From positions 20,088 through 84,087 of IMG/VR virus record IMGVR_UViG_3300034101_004323: a stretch of 64,000 nucleotides of DNA, one strand, 5' to 3'. Numbering within the stretch: the first letter of the stretch is position 1; each line of letters opens with the position of its first letter. The stretch is from a virus. The notes beneath the pieces are model-generated. The model was not told the origin of the DNA. It searched no databases and was given only the letters and a program-made list of their open reading frames with translations. The translations under genes and the position numbers were made by a program. Positions 49,801 through 57,206 of the stretch are shown piece after piece.

Positions 49801-52800
49801 AATTTAGAAGCAGCAGCAATATTATCTGGATCATCATCAACAAATACTCCTTTATCCTGTCCCAAAGCTTGGGCCATAACATTTGCTTTAGCTAGTCCTA
49901 TATCTGCTGCGGAAGTTCCTTTTGCCCCAACTCCGGTAAAATTACTTAATGGTATATTTAATCCTCTGCTATTAACCCAACTAGCAATAGATCCTACAGT
50001 GCTTTGAGGTCTTGCTGTTACAATATGTAATCTGGACAAAAATTTATTATAATCAGCAGGAGAAAATTTCTTTTTAAGTTGACTAGATAAACGCACAAGC
50101 CCTCTAAATAGAGCAGATGGTTTGGTTTTAGCCAATTCCATTTTCGCTCTAACTTTATCACTCAATCCTCTTGCAACAGATGCTTTTTCATAAAATTGAC
50201 TATACATACCAGCTTTGGATGTTTTATCATCCATTGTCGGGGTTTTACCTGTTTTTTTAAATATTTCTTTTTGTTTTTCTGTTATAGGATCAGTGTTAAA
50301 TGCTAGTGTTTTATCAAAATCAAAAAATGCTTTAAGACCAGATCCTCGTGGATCTAATAGCTTAATAATCTCATCAACATATGATTTTTGAACACCTTGC
50401 CCGACCATTTTTAGATATCCCTTAGTATATTTCTTAGCTCTTTGATCAGCAGTTGGTGCTGCCTCTACAGATGCTCTATTAGGATCCTTCTTATCCATCT
50501 GTGCTAAACGAGCTTCTCTTTCAATGTTGTTTTTATCTAATACTTGACCAAACACTCTAACCTTTTTAGATCCATCTAGTCCAGGAATGTCTATGTCTGT
50601 TGGCGGAAAACTAGATCCAAACATTCCTATAGCACCAAATAATGAGTCTGAAGAAATTGCATTATTTGTATCTTCATTATCTTTATTTCTTCTATCTTCT
50701 ACTATTTTATTCGCTTTAACTACTAGTGAACTTAATATTTTAGATTTTAATGTTGGATTTTTGCTATATGGTCCTAATAAGGTTCTTATATCATTAGCTG
50801 ACATACCAGTATTACCACTAATACTACCAGCAGATTTTAGTATCTCGGTAATATCAATTCCTAGCTGGTTAGGTAGTTGAGCAGATGGTATTTTTGATAC
50901 TTCGTCAAGAGTCCAATCATTCATTCTCACATTTGCTCTTCTTCCTCCTCTACCTTTTTTAACAAAAGATCCGGCCATTAATTTTTGAACATCTTCTGGC
51001 TTGGTTTTTTTCTTTGATCTTCTATAAAATAATGATCGTTGAGTTTTTTCTATATCTCTCTGTGATCTATAATCTTTATTTTTTAATAGTCCTGGAGTAT
51101 TATCTTCAAAAATAAGAAATCTTCCAATATTAATATTATTAGGATCTTTATTTAAAGTTATTGATCTTGTTTTATCTGCTACTACTTTTTCACTGGCAGA
51201 TCTTTCTGAAATAATAGATCCTGCTACTTTATCCAGCAAATCACGAGTTGATACCTGAGCATCTTTACTTTTTACCTCAACGGGTGTGTTTCCTCGTAAT
51301 CCATCGATTCTAGAAAATCTATTCCCTTTCTCTTGTTTATATTTTCCAAGTGTATCTAAAATTCTTTCAAAGGCTGTACCTCTAGCAGAACTACCTTTTG
51401 ATCCTGTTGCTCCTCTACTATTGATATAGTTTTCTGTCTCTACTGGATTCTTTTCTCTAGCTTTCTTAATATCCTGTTCAGTCAAATTTATGGGTACTCT
51501 GCGAATATTAGCTTCTATAGTATCTCTAGTATTAAACCTTAAAGGAGGACTTGCTCTTCTTTTAAGTGCCTTTTCGATACTTTCTCCCTCTTTCTTATCG
51601 TAAGTTGTTTCTACATTAGGAACATATGGTCTACTAGACTTAAGTACGGCTAATCCTCCTTTAGCAAACTTTTGTGTGCCCTTTCCACCCAAACCCAATG
51701 CTTCAGTTGCTTTTTTTCTAATAACAAAACTTCCTACTGGTAGTGTTGTATAAAAACTATCAGTATTACCTCTTCCAGGAACTATTCCAATCCCACCTCC
51801 GCGTGCTCTTTTTTGTCTATATCCATTTTTATCAGCATGATTCATTTTTCGTAATGTTGATGTTCCTATTCTAGCAGCATGTTCTGGATAAAAAACAGCT
51901 TCTCCTGGTGTTAGAGCAACAGGAACATTAGAAACGTCTCCTCCTCCTGCATACTTATTGATGAATCCTCCCTTTTTAGCTCCTTGAGCTCCATTAGTCC
52001 TGAATCCTCTTAAAAATCCAGAACCAAACTGCCTTACTCCACTAGCTCCTCTAAAAGCCATCATAATAGCAAGAACAGGAAGAACACCCTTAACACTATC
52101 AGCAACACTAATAAGAGCGCTAGCTAATCCTAATGCTCCTTTAGCTAATGCTTGAAAAGTATCGCTACCGCCAATCTCTCTGAATAAGGCTAAAAATTCT
52201 TCTCGTACTTTTGCTGCTTGATTTGCTAAAGAAGCTTGTGCTTTAGCAGCATCCATAGTTAAAGATCCTTGACCTTGTTGAGCAACTCTTAGTGCGTCTT
52301 GAGCAGTTGCGAACTGCTGAATAAGAGGAATAACCTTACCAATTTGTCGGAATCCGCCCAGTTCTTCTACTATCTCACTAAATTTTAAATCTCGCGGATC
52401 AATTTGATTTAATCCTTCGCTTAGTAACTGAACTGCTTTATATGCTCCGACGAATTTTCCTTCTGCATCTGTAAGATTTACGCCGAATTCTTTCAAGGCT
52501 TCAATAGTTCCGCCTCTTTGAATTCTGGTAAAAATAGTCCTTAAACCAGTAGCAATAGTTTCTGCACTTTCACGAGTTGTTGCTCTAACGCTAGTAAATA
52601 CTGCTATAAATTCATTCAAAGCATCCGTGCCTTCACTAACTCCTTTACTAGCAGAAGCAAACACACCACCGGTTCGTTGAATAGCAGCAATAATATCACT
52701 TGCTTCAACAGCAAATTTAGCAGATACTGCGTTAACAGCACCAAGAGATTTCTCTAAATCAATTGCACTAATACCAAACTGTCTCATTAATGCAATACTA

Positions 52801-53543
52801 CCTTCTACCGTTTGATTCATATTATCAAAAGATGGAGCAAGACTGCTTAATGCTAATGCTTTTAATGCTCTTTCAGTATCTCTTGCTGTTAAACCAGCTT
52901 GAGCTAATGTTAACGATACTTCAGTTAAATCTTTAGAACTAACACCCAATGATGTGGATAACTGAGTTATTGTATTAGATAATTGAGATAATCCTGATGC
53001 AGATTCTCCCGTAACCTGTTGTAATTTAACAAATTGTTTATCATAGTCTATAAATGCATCAATACCTTGTCTCATTGCATTAGTCAAGCCCATTATAGCT
53101 CCAGCAGACATACTAAAGGCAGCGAATCTTCTAACTGCTAATCCTGCTGTTCTACCAAACTCTACCATTTGGCCAGATGCTTCTCTTGTTTGTCTTCCTG
53201 CATTACCAATATTATCCGCAGCATTATTTGCTGCTGCTGCTGCATTGTTTAAGTTTCTATTTAGTCCAGCTGTGTTATTATTAATTGCTGCTATTGATGC
53301 TCCAAATTGTCTTATAGCATTTGCTGCATTAGTAGCATTATTAGTTGTTGTTGTTAAATTATTATTTAATGTTGTTAATGCAGTATTTAATACTGTAACA
53401 TTACGAGTGGTTGCAGGATTAATTCTTAGATTAACATCTCCAGTTATTGTTCCTAATTGTCTTCTAATATCAGAAACTATATTTCTAACATTAGATGGTC
53501 CTCTAAGATTAATCTGTGCAGTTAAATTAAATGCTGATGCCAT
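40857..53543 (-). CDS. Tail tape measure protein (4228 aa) with embedded enzyme-like domains
   Basis: N-terminal TP901-type core (LAQAG...TRESAETIATGLRTIFTRI), long Ala/Gln-rich helical tracts, repeated GTDTVPAMLTPGEFV motifs; downstream of the tube gene. Confidence 0.9.
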   Translation of the reverse strand: MASAFNLTAQINLRGPSNVRNIVSDIRRQLGTITGDVNLRINPATTRNVTVLNTALTTLNNNLTTTTNNATNAANAIRQFGASIAAINNNTAGLNRNLNNAAAAANNAADNIGNAGRQTREASGQMVEFGRTAGLAVRRFAAFSMSAGAIMGLTNAMRQGIDAFIDYDKQFVKLQQVTGESASGLSQLSNTITQLSTSLGVSSKDLTEVSLTLAQAGLTARDTERALKALALSSLAPSFDNMNQTVEGSIALMRQFGISAIDLEKSLGAVNAVSAKFAVEASDIIAAIQRTGGVFASASKGVSEGTDALNEFIAVFTSVRATTRESAETIATGLRTIFTRIQRGGTIEALKEFGVNLTDAEGKFVGAYKAVQLLSEGLNQIDPRDLKFSEIVEELGGFRQIGKVIPLIQQFATAQDALRVAQQGQGSLTMDAAKAQASLANQAAKVREEFLALFREIGGSDTFQALAKGALGLASALISVADSVKGVLPVLAIMMAFRGASGVRQFGSGFLRGFRTNGAQGAKKGGFINKYAGGGDVSNVPVALTPGEAVFYPEHAARIGTSTLRKMNHADKNGYRQKRARGGGIGIVPGRGNTDSFYTTLPVGSFVIRKKATEALGLGGKGTQKFAKGGLAVLKSSRPYVPNVETTYDKKEGESIEKALKRRASPPLRFNTRDTIEANIRRVPINLTEQDIKKAREKNPVETENYINSRGATGSKGSSARGTAFERILDTLGKYKQEKGNRFSRIDGLRGNTPVEVKSKDAQVSTRDLLDKVAGSIISERSASEKVVADKTRSITLNKDPNNINIGRFLIFEDNTPGLLKNKDYRSQRDIEKTQRSLFYRRSKKKTKPEDVQKLMAGSFVKKGRGGRRANVRMNDWTLDEVSKIPSAQLPNQLGIDITEILKSAGSISGNTGMSANDIRTLLGPYSKNPTLKSKILSSLVVKANKIVEDRRNKDNEDTNNAISSDSLFGAIGMFGSSFPPTDIDIPGLDGSKKVRVFGQVLDKNNIEREARLAQMDKKDPNRASVEAAPTADQRAKKYTKGYLKMVGQGVQKSYVDEIIKLLDPRGSGLKAFFDFDKTLAFNTDPITEKQKEIFKKTGKTPTMDDKTSKAGMYSQFYEKASVARGLSDKVRAKMELAKTKPSALFRGLVRLSSQLKKKFSPADYNKFLSRLHIVTARPQSTVGSIASWVNSRGLNIPLSNFTGVGAKGTSAADIGLAKANVMAQALGQDKGVFVDDDPDNIAAASKLSGIKSFLYKKTKSSMGRATRKGIADTQGNAFEEEIRQIISKDPAAANIWTAMSKDSEKHSSIDFPYGIGSKIATNWFNNPLLARTPVDAKRTLTGPKGKIVSNIKNFIKSRSGYSEGDWVRGKYSPADIAARANILGMTPEQLTAKLEERLDNRWKDYALPDWDISKKLGLLPSKKIYAEQERRDKAVEEKRQRIQSAVERRGGSMGEYEGLTSEQKALRAEGYRPRLKKHAKGGYTGLANAAPDSGRLVSLMYKKDKTQQEMEELDLLQKRRDAIEKGKIRGGGRAYGKIGLYGKPEEGEVTAAFTGKLYEKERFGTVKANKIGPKLFAVSFANATKGFAPRGLYDTLMESVAESGGRLTSDRGSVTPAAKGVWKRYFLTRKDVFKTPLPKQYWTASNLLDPRLKGPKSEWPPYHGGPGESAEEASLRADAWALQSSYFKAPDKIKQKSSVVKKASGGEIPIMAKEGEYVINKNSAQDLGYNNLDKLNKGGFTALNKLPKYHSGGVVQKFARGSWEPLATAEIDPEAQRRREEAERRRLSSEAKKRRQEARRANAQSMIDNAASSTGFYNVNTLGRNLARNPEGYQILREKRSTVRGQARMRQIDADVDSRFSASDPRRERERSRLKRNTLTQMAVADTERKQQNQARFGKTLGDAATALGSFRQNLLADPLGALRDAARKTAKSLDDSATAYRKNRTGGAETLLGVRRQGTQARQAMDDIRGMTSDIPTGTGAFGRATRRVSVFGTSSADTAAMSGQSKADVAAAKKATLQAAGYGKGGAQATAIQAANRTAGVGLGAAAGMSTNQILAAARGGKNGSGSGGVGGGGGSGGGGGNMMGRAMTASFLIPMLTDMFSGGAPTTTSGAYNQTLTQGAATTVGSSLMMGSMVGEMTQGMGGIAAFAGPAAAAVTAVIGMTKAFIDAENAAREMAISLASKNLEASLETTGKAFEEFKKDMKNEVKQRVVEQQIGKSTGMADQVQKEKSRARRGFANLFDTGEGSSERSDILFEKGMSDYFSATFGGGAAEKQQKLFATMIPKKSVEAAKDYAGTAQISSQLIEEKIRSGTQIKDVAGTPDFTKLTRSLALADAAVQEQILNIQNSIGLTQEEKNAKKESIISIQGERKAREIQATTLKQMKLEELSKSANHLQNSLTRMFQNMEQAIGRNVFELNNLSQQAELSASALSGNAKAGQVSLKSINVLQNPNAYNKTQRAEASQNAANMFGSESGDMKGLLQAGGTLQDTIMSTINKTIKEDPNAGNEKIGIKIQNNIEEALTKLKLPKDINNKLSQEVNAAIGQIRQKRDEKIDFGDLMEKIPQLGNIMDSTRKAQEAAIKALEHWQNNLNDYSNAMNQMVESSIEANSRFRRASDIQVRGQMELDKALGKEISLRQQLDASLAGVKAQTGGQTNPALIAQNVRTLETQRATQQSMSNTAGQRGYAGTDEFMMMQDRLRNTNIALRENYDALKSMADNTEMASIAMSKINEIQQKRQAGVNMAERLVTSSPQELSQLNRAMDRLNNNMQGGINFGSSADQRKESLDAFNMIAPFLGEKQNGMKANVLESMLIESGVGINPMMADVLQSLRNPEGDPEMQEAITAYKKAVDAQSLANTELGNIVRLMNQNTAEIAAAKLVSAMRSVPFTFENAQLKDIANEIKQLRIIVEKNPAAMAPGKANGGIIYASAGQMVNFQPKGTDTVPAMLTPGEFVVNRSATQKHLPLLKNINSGNYSNGGKVKYYADGGYVVTGGFAPKDAAESARQSFARTSIVEKESNKEYPIINDDKPLSEDTVKSKTENWSTFQGSFYATEPVPRNDILVPKKGTDGKFMYSGSPTFNTMPVFGWGYDSIKQQAKLGQNTKDNVAFGAVNNSSGNWGWGGIPIKNTFDQHIFNPVDPKTRKIKKTEKPDVLANLDMIVKSLTEVSEVSGREATIDGVKVKLDTPSKVPSLNPSFTSYADGSAEIKGLASKDNSYYYFIRKEQRDDLYAKAKNSPVGNIIGFRADGFGREKNFPIVSGKENFIRKEGMEGGRFDFEGQTIKHEPPNGMANFSNVIQDYQTESIATLQLAQNIRLTALRYQDALLSEKFESETKESLGNKQNVSDLVNLYNGTVASIKLDKPVIEPSAMAGSPLAPITAYNEAISGRWTEYQAKLAALNTKKAEDGEQKFQYSDEEKTDMLGINKDGTVKYFRWTDANLSLDDYDEIFREAVTSPDMVQQPVIRSPGNYDKNGVKFSYIKYDPKSRLYLENEKRFGKSFEELGVKEPHVIIPPQGNDEKMRPFNPFLGISDNTLGLPESRLDDYVDHYILGGGTDYREIPNLSASNGIPYSPIYDSKFGSESFISNETLDLNLDEFFKAREANMEKIKNETALSYAKTDFSIGEYAKIDDAKKVTLAREFYRLARLGDDVPPLVSSSIGKEMTSVADIGNAAANIGSKIPTSLLPGNYERERIDAWRAVFAEIYNLKDTNSTQTLQDLGVNLSDESFPETRVVADPDDRNKTKIISNAVMGKTDLGEDYIKYWNRMNVSQDLLQKIINRQIMSNMTKRTSTKFIQTKDDKLKGDSYTFGTKGAGKVESAEQALPDSWNRLMEVALDPQRIFPNSEDRSELIDKLRKFYFRGKNEYGEDLLPDDLKKEKETRLKDIWLYFRAFDTLLNTGLKTGESDDKNAVIPWNENNVGYGYKYFVDSLKAISSDNGKIHWNSFAHAYKRDLNLENGRDTLHADQVEALIRASANLKEEQQKKNDQNQEGAGNVFSGVKNFATGGRVPVYAKNGTLVNYQPRGTDTVPAMLTPGEFVINRKATQKHLPVLKAINDGYYTRGGIVNYLSNGGIITPNYYETAGGVTGGNKMFDLSSYMGNIVGQISSSITLAFQNAVQAMSGQTAAAPSNGVSSIDSDTLNKIGEFTNRLKSVADTLAGLSAIPQEITITVTHTHNVIINGDAALNKLSPDLQDIAMSVIQEKFAELAAANQIAGSPLINPFQV

Positions 53544-53567
53544 ATTTTATATTTCTCTATATAAATA

Positions 53568-53606
53568 GCATAACCCCACAACCATCCAGTAGCTGCGGGG
53601 TTACGC
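53568..53606 (-). terminator. 17-bp hairpin upstream of the TMP gene (attenuating terminator or processing site)
   Basis: Minus strand GCGTAACCCCGCAGCTA-CTGGA-TGGTTGTGGGGTTATGC, fully paired using four G-U wobbles, followed by TATTTATAT. Confidence 0.65.
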
Positions 53607-53626
53607 TTAAGTCAAAAAAATAATAA

Positions 53627-54493
53627 TTAACTATTAGATTCTGGTTCTGGGACTTCCTTTGTTTCTTCTGGCTGTGGTGTTGGTTCATTTTTTTCTTCGT
53701 CCAGAATAATTGGATTTCCGTTATCATCCAAAAATGGTTGTTGATCAACAACATATTCTCCATCTTTGTCTACTCTATTACCAAACTTATCAATAAAGTT
53801 ACCACTTTCATCAATAAACCTACCACCTTCATCAACAAGTCTTCCTTCACTATCTATTAATCTTCCCTTCTTATCGATAAAGCGTAGTTTATTATCAATA
53901 AATTTAAACTTCTTCAAAAATTTATTTTCTGGCAAATTACTTTCATAATCATTATCCAAACCATACAGCATATTGGCCAAGTTTTGAGCACCTTGAATAG
54001 CAACTTGATCAGTTGATCTATTAAGATAATCTTCTAGACTTGAAAAATATGCTTGTTTAGTATCATTATACACCACACAAACACTGACTAAATAATTAAA
54101 TCTAGCATTATCAGCTTGACCTTCTGCACTATGATTATCTAAACTTGTTCTAACACTAATAAGATCTCGTATCTCATCTCTTAGCTGTTTCATTTTAACG
54201 GCTAAATCCTTAGCTTCATTGAGACTAAAACCTCCTTTCGCCAATTTCTTTTCTCCTTCAAGCAGTTCTTTTTGTAAACTTGTGAATTTAGCCTGTTTTT
54301 CATCATTCCATAATCCTTGATCTTCTAATAGATCATCAAGTTTTGCTCTGACAACGCTTTTGCTTTTAATAGCATCTGTAAAAGCCTGATTATAAACCTT
54401 TTGACCTTCTCTTTGATCACTCAAAGATGGACTGCGTACTAAAAATTCTTTTTCATTATTATCGATAGTAACTTTAAATGTTTTTGTTTTCAT
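53627..54493 (-). CDS. Putative tail assembly chaperone with 7-aa repeats
   Basis: Immediately precedes the TMP; coiled-coil region; repeats IDKKGRL-IDSEGRL-VDEGGRF-IDESGNF-IDKFGNR-VDKDGEY. Confidence 0.5.
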   Translation of the reverse strand: MKTKTFKVTIDNNEKEFLVRSPSLSDQREGQKVYNQAFTDAIKSKSVVRAKLDDLLEDQGLWNDEKQAKFTSLQKELLEGEKKLAKGGFSLNEAKDLAVKMKQLRDEIRDLISVRTSLDNHSAEGQADNARFNYLVSVCVVYNDTKQAYFSSLEDYLNRSTDQVAIQGAQNLANMLYGLDNDYESNLPENKFLKKFKFIDNKLRFIDKKGRLIDSEGRLVDEGGRFIDESGNFIDKFGNRVDKDGEYVVDQQPFLDDNGNPIILDEEKNEPTPQPEETKEVPEPESNS

Positions 54494-54792
54494 GATCTAT
54501 TTTCTCCTTTATTTTCATTATTAAAACGTATTTCATAATTATATTTATGTGTATCTTTTTCGTTAATAAAATATTTATACATATTTTCAACAGTTAGTCT
54601 TGTTTGATGATTACCAAAATTCAATATATCATGTCTTGCCTTTTGCCATAGGTCATGATAGTAATCTCCAAGCTCATCCTCTTTTTCCCATAATTTCCCG
54701 AATATCTCCTCAAATCTTGCTAAAGCACCAATCATAATGGTGGTGCATTTTTTTTCAGTATCCTTTATTAGTTTATTTTGTTTTTGATTCAT
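54490..54792 (-). CDS. Hypothetical protein
   Basis: 100-aa coupled ORF that carries the AAGGAG SD of the next gene. Confidence 0.7.
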   Translation of the reverse strand: MNQKQNKLIKDTEKKCTTIMIGALARFEEIFGKLWEKEDELGDYYHDLWQKARHDILNFGNHQTRLTVENMYKYFINEKDTHKYNYEIRFNNENKGENRS

Positions 54793-54793
54793 A

Positions 54794-55849
54794 TTATTTC
54801 TTTCTACTGGCAGTTGTTAATTGTGATATGGTTTGCTTTATTTCTCTCTGTACATCTGGTAATTCTCCATCATGAGCATGTCCTTTTTGTTTAAGATATG
54901 ATATTTTTTCTCTTATTGCCGCACTAGACTCAGGAGAATTCATCTCTGAAACAGCATCATAATCTTGTTCATTATCTGTCATTAAGAAAACCTCTCTGGC
55001 TTTTGTAAGCTTTGGATTAGCAGAATCAAATTGATTTTGTTTCTTTGTTTTTTCATTTTTCCTCTTCTGAACTATCATCCATCCATCAAGAGCATCATCC
55101 TCCTCTATAACTGCTTCGTCTGGACAGTCTGGATGCTCATGTATATTTTCATACATTCTACTTATATTTAATAATGCTCTTTGTTCATCTGTCAATGATG
55201 TTATACCATTATCAAATAAACTATTATATTTTGTACAATTCATATATGATCTCCAAATTGAACTTCTAGCTAGTATCTTATATGTTTCAGTAGAGATCAT
55301 AAGTTTATCAATTTCTTGAACTAAAGAATTAAATAAAGTTGATGAGTTTTTAGATGACTGAATATCTTTATAATCAAATACTAACTCATTATCTCTATAT
55401 AATGTATGGCATATAATATATTCATTTTTTAATGAACTAGCATATCCTTCTAATGTATTAGATATAAAATTTTGTTTAGTTAAATATATCTTATTTATTT
55501 GGCTTTTTGTATTCTTAATGTTATTTCGTATCATCTTTGTTTTTGATGGTAATAAAAAGTTTTCGAATAATTCTACTTTTAAGCTATCTAATTTTTTTTC
55601 TAAATTTTCCAAAGCTTTGTCTGTTTGTAAATTCCATAATTCTAAAGACATTAAAATATTGGTTGTATTTTCTTCTCTAAACCAATTATCAAATTTTTCA
55701 TCATTAATAATTTGTTCATATAATAAAGCTGATTCATATTTAATCTCTATCGAAGGAGGATATACAATATATTTATTATCGTTATGATAAAATATAGTTT
55801 TCCCAGATAGTATCCTATTTAAAAGAATCTCTTTATCATTGTCCGTCAT
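54794..55849 (-). CDS. Hypothetical protein, possible tail assembly chaperone
   Basis: 351-aa helical ORF between the tube and TMP genes; HEHPDCPDEAVIEEDDALDGW. Confidence 0.5.
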   Translation of the reverse strand: MTDNDKEILLNRILSGKTIFYHNDNKYIVYPPSIEIKYESALLYEQIINDEKFDNWFREENTTNILMSLELWNLQTDKALENLEKKLDSLKVELFENFLLPSKTKMIRNNIKNTKSQINKIYLTKQNFISNTLEGYASSLKNEYIICHTLYRDNELVFDYKDIQSSKNSSTLFNSLVQEIDKLMISTETYKILARSSIWRSYMNCTKYNSLFDNGITSLTDEQRALLNISRMYENIHEHPDCPDEAVIEEDDALDGWMIVQKRKNEKTKKQNQFDSANPKLTKAREVFLMTDNEQDYDAVSEMNSPESSAAIREKISYLKQKGHAHDGELPDVQREIKQTISQLTTASRKK

Positions 55850-55994
55850 TATTAGTCTTTAAGTCGTTCCTTAAATCGCTAATGGTTTTATCTTTGTCTT
55901 TAATTTGCGATTGTAATATGTCTATATATTTTTGAGCATTATAAATATCCGCATATAGTCTACCTATGAGACTATACAATTCTTCATTATTCAT
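55836..55994 (-). CDS. 52-aa coiled-coil protein, absent from the ORF track
   Basis: MNNEELYSLIGRLYADIYNAQKYIDILQSQIKDKDKTISDLRNDLKTNNDGQ*; AGGA upstream; fills the gap and overlaps the next start. Confidence 0.7.
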   Translation of the reverse strand: MNNEELYSLIGRLYADIYNAQKYIDILQSQIKDKDKTISDLRNDLKTNNDGQ

Positions 55995-56043
55995 AAGTCC
56001 TAATGTCCTGTACGTAAATGTCTACTAACTTATTTAATAACTA

Positions 56044-57135
56044 TCAGTTATTATCAAACTTAAAAGGAGCGCTAACTACTTTCTGAGGAGCAAATGATAC
56101 GCTTTGACCACCAGCTGGTGTGAATTGACTAGCATCATCAGCATATGATCCAGAAGCAGTCATGATAAAAGTATTATCTGTTGTGAAACTATAACTAATT
56201 TCAACATTACCACCACCAGTATCTCCACCGGTATAGTTAACAGATTGTAGTTTATTTCTATCTCCAAGATCTATTGTTAAGTTATTGCCAGTACCAGAAC
56301 CGCAGATAACGAATTTAATTGGCTTATTAGCAATAGAACTGGTGCCTGTGCAACTATACTGAGTTTCGCTGATACTCAAGAAATCACCGACTGTACCGAT
56401 GCTTGTGATTTCTGTTGTGATTTCAACTGGGAAATTAACATATCTTAAATATGGTTCAAATTCTCCTAGTGAATAGATTGCTTCACGACCAAGATCCATG
56501 CTAACTGTAACGTTGCTAAGAACAGCATCTTTCATGCCGCCAGCGCCTGTTGGAAATACTGAAGAACCATAATCAAACTTCCAGCGTCTTGCTGTTGCTG
56601 GTGCTTTTACTGGTGTAGTAAAGAGATTATCTTCGGCTGCTCCTCCTGATGGAGCAGTCCAGCTCTTATTGTTTCCAACAAGAGTAACCTCTTCGGTAAT
56701 ATTTCCATCTGTTGGAAAAGTATAACTAAAGTTTGATGCGTATAGTCCTGTGCAATCTACATATGATTCTGGAACACCACTTGAACCGTATCCAGTATCA
56801 TCATAAATGTTTAATCTGAGATTAACTCTATTGTTAGCTCCACCAACTAAACTTTGATAAGAACAATCTGATGTTCCACCCATGGTTATTAAGAATAATG
56901 GTTTTGTACCATCAAATACTTTATTAATGGTAACTTCAACTTCTGGATTATTCTCTATGCTATCATATTGCTCTAGTTGACCGAGCTGGAAAATCTTTTC
57001 AAGATTAAAATTGGTATTAAGACCAACGCTTTGGATACCACAAGGAATAAGTGTGGTTGAGTCTACTGTTCCACTCTCAGAAACTGGTGTTAGTTTAATG
57101 CCTTGTGTTGCGTAAAAAATTCTTTTATTGGCCAT
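56044..57135 (-). CDS. Major tail tube protein (probable)
   Basis: Gly/Thr/Ser-rich beta protein after the neck genes and before the chaperones/TMP; GIQSVGLNTNFNLEKIFQLG; GGAG SD and its own upstream motif. Confidence 0.7.
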   Translation of the reverse strand: MANKRIFYATQGIKLTPVSESGTVDSTTLIPCGIQSVGLNTNFNLEKIFQLGQLEQYDSIENNPEVEVTINKVFDGTKPLFLITMGGTSDCSYQSLVGGANNRVNLRLNIYDDTGYGSSGVPESYVDCTGLYASNFSYTFPTDGNITEEVTLVGNNKSWTAPSGGAAEDNLFTTPVKAPATARRWKFDYGSSVFPTGAGGMKDAVLSNVTVSMDLGREAIYSLGEFEPYLRYVNFPVEITTEITSIGTVGDFLSISETQYSCTGTSSIANKPIKFVICGSGTGNNLTIDLGDRNKLQSVNYTGGDTGGGNVEISYSFTTDNTFIMTASGSYADDASQFTPAGGQSVSFAPQKVVSAPFKFDNN

Positions 57136-57188
57136 AATTTCACTCCGATATATTGAGCGTTGATATGTTTTATGATCGACTATAAAGT

Positions 57189-57196
57189 ATTACACC
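57189..57196 (-). promoter_or_regulatory. Candidate late-promoter motif GGTGTAAT
   Basis: Intergenic, upstream of the tube gene; matches the motif at 61142-61151. Confidence 0.45.
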
Positions 57197-57206
57197 AACA
57201 AAAGTG

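Noticed and set aside
53557-53763. Tail-chaperone -1 frameshift at the A7 run into the overlapping 68-aa ORF
   Set aside because: That ORF is in the +1 frame relative to 53627..54493, looks non-coding and runs through the hairpin.
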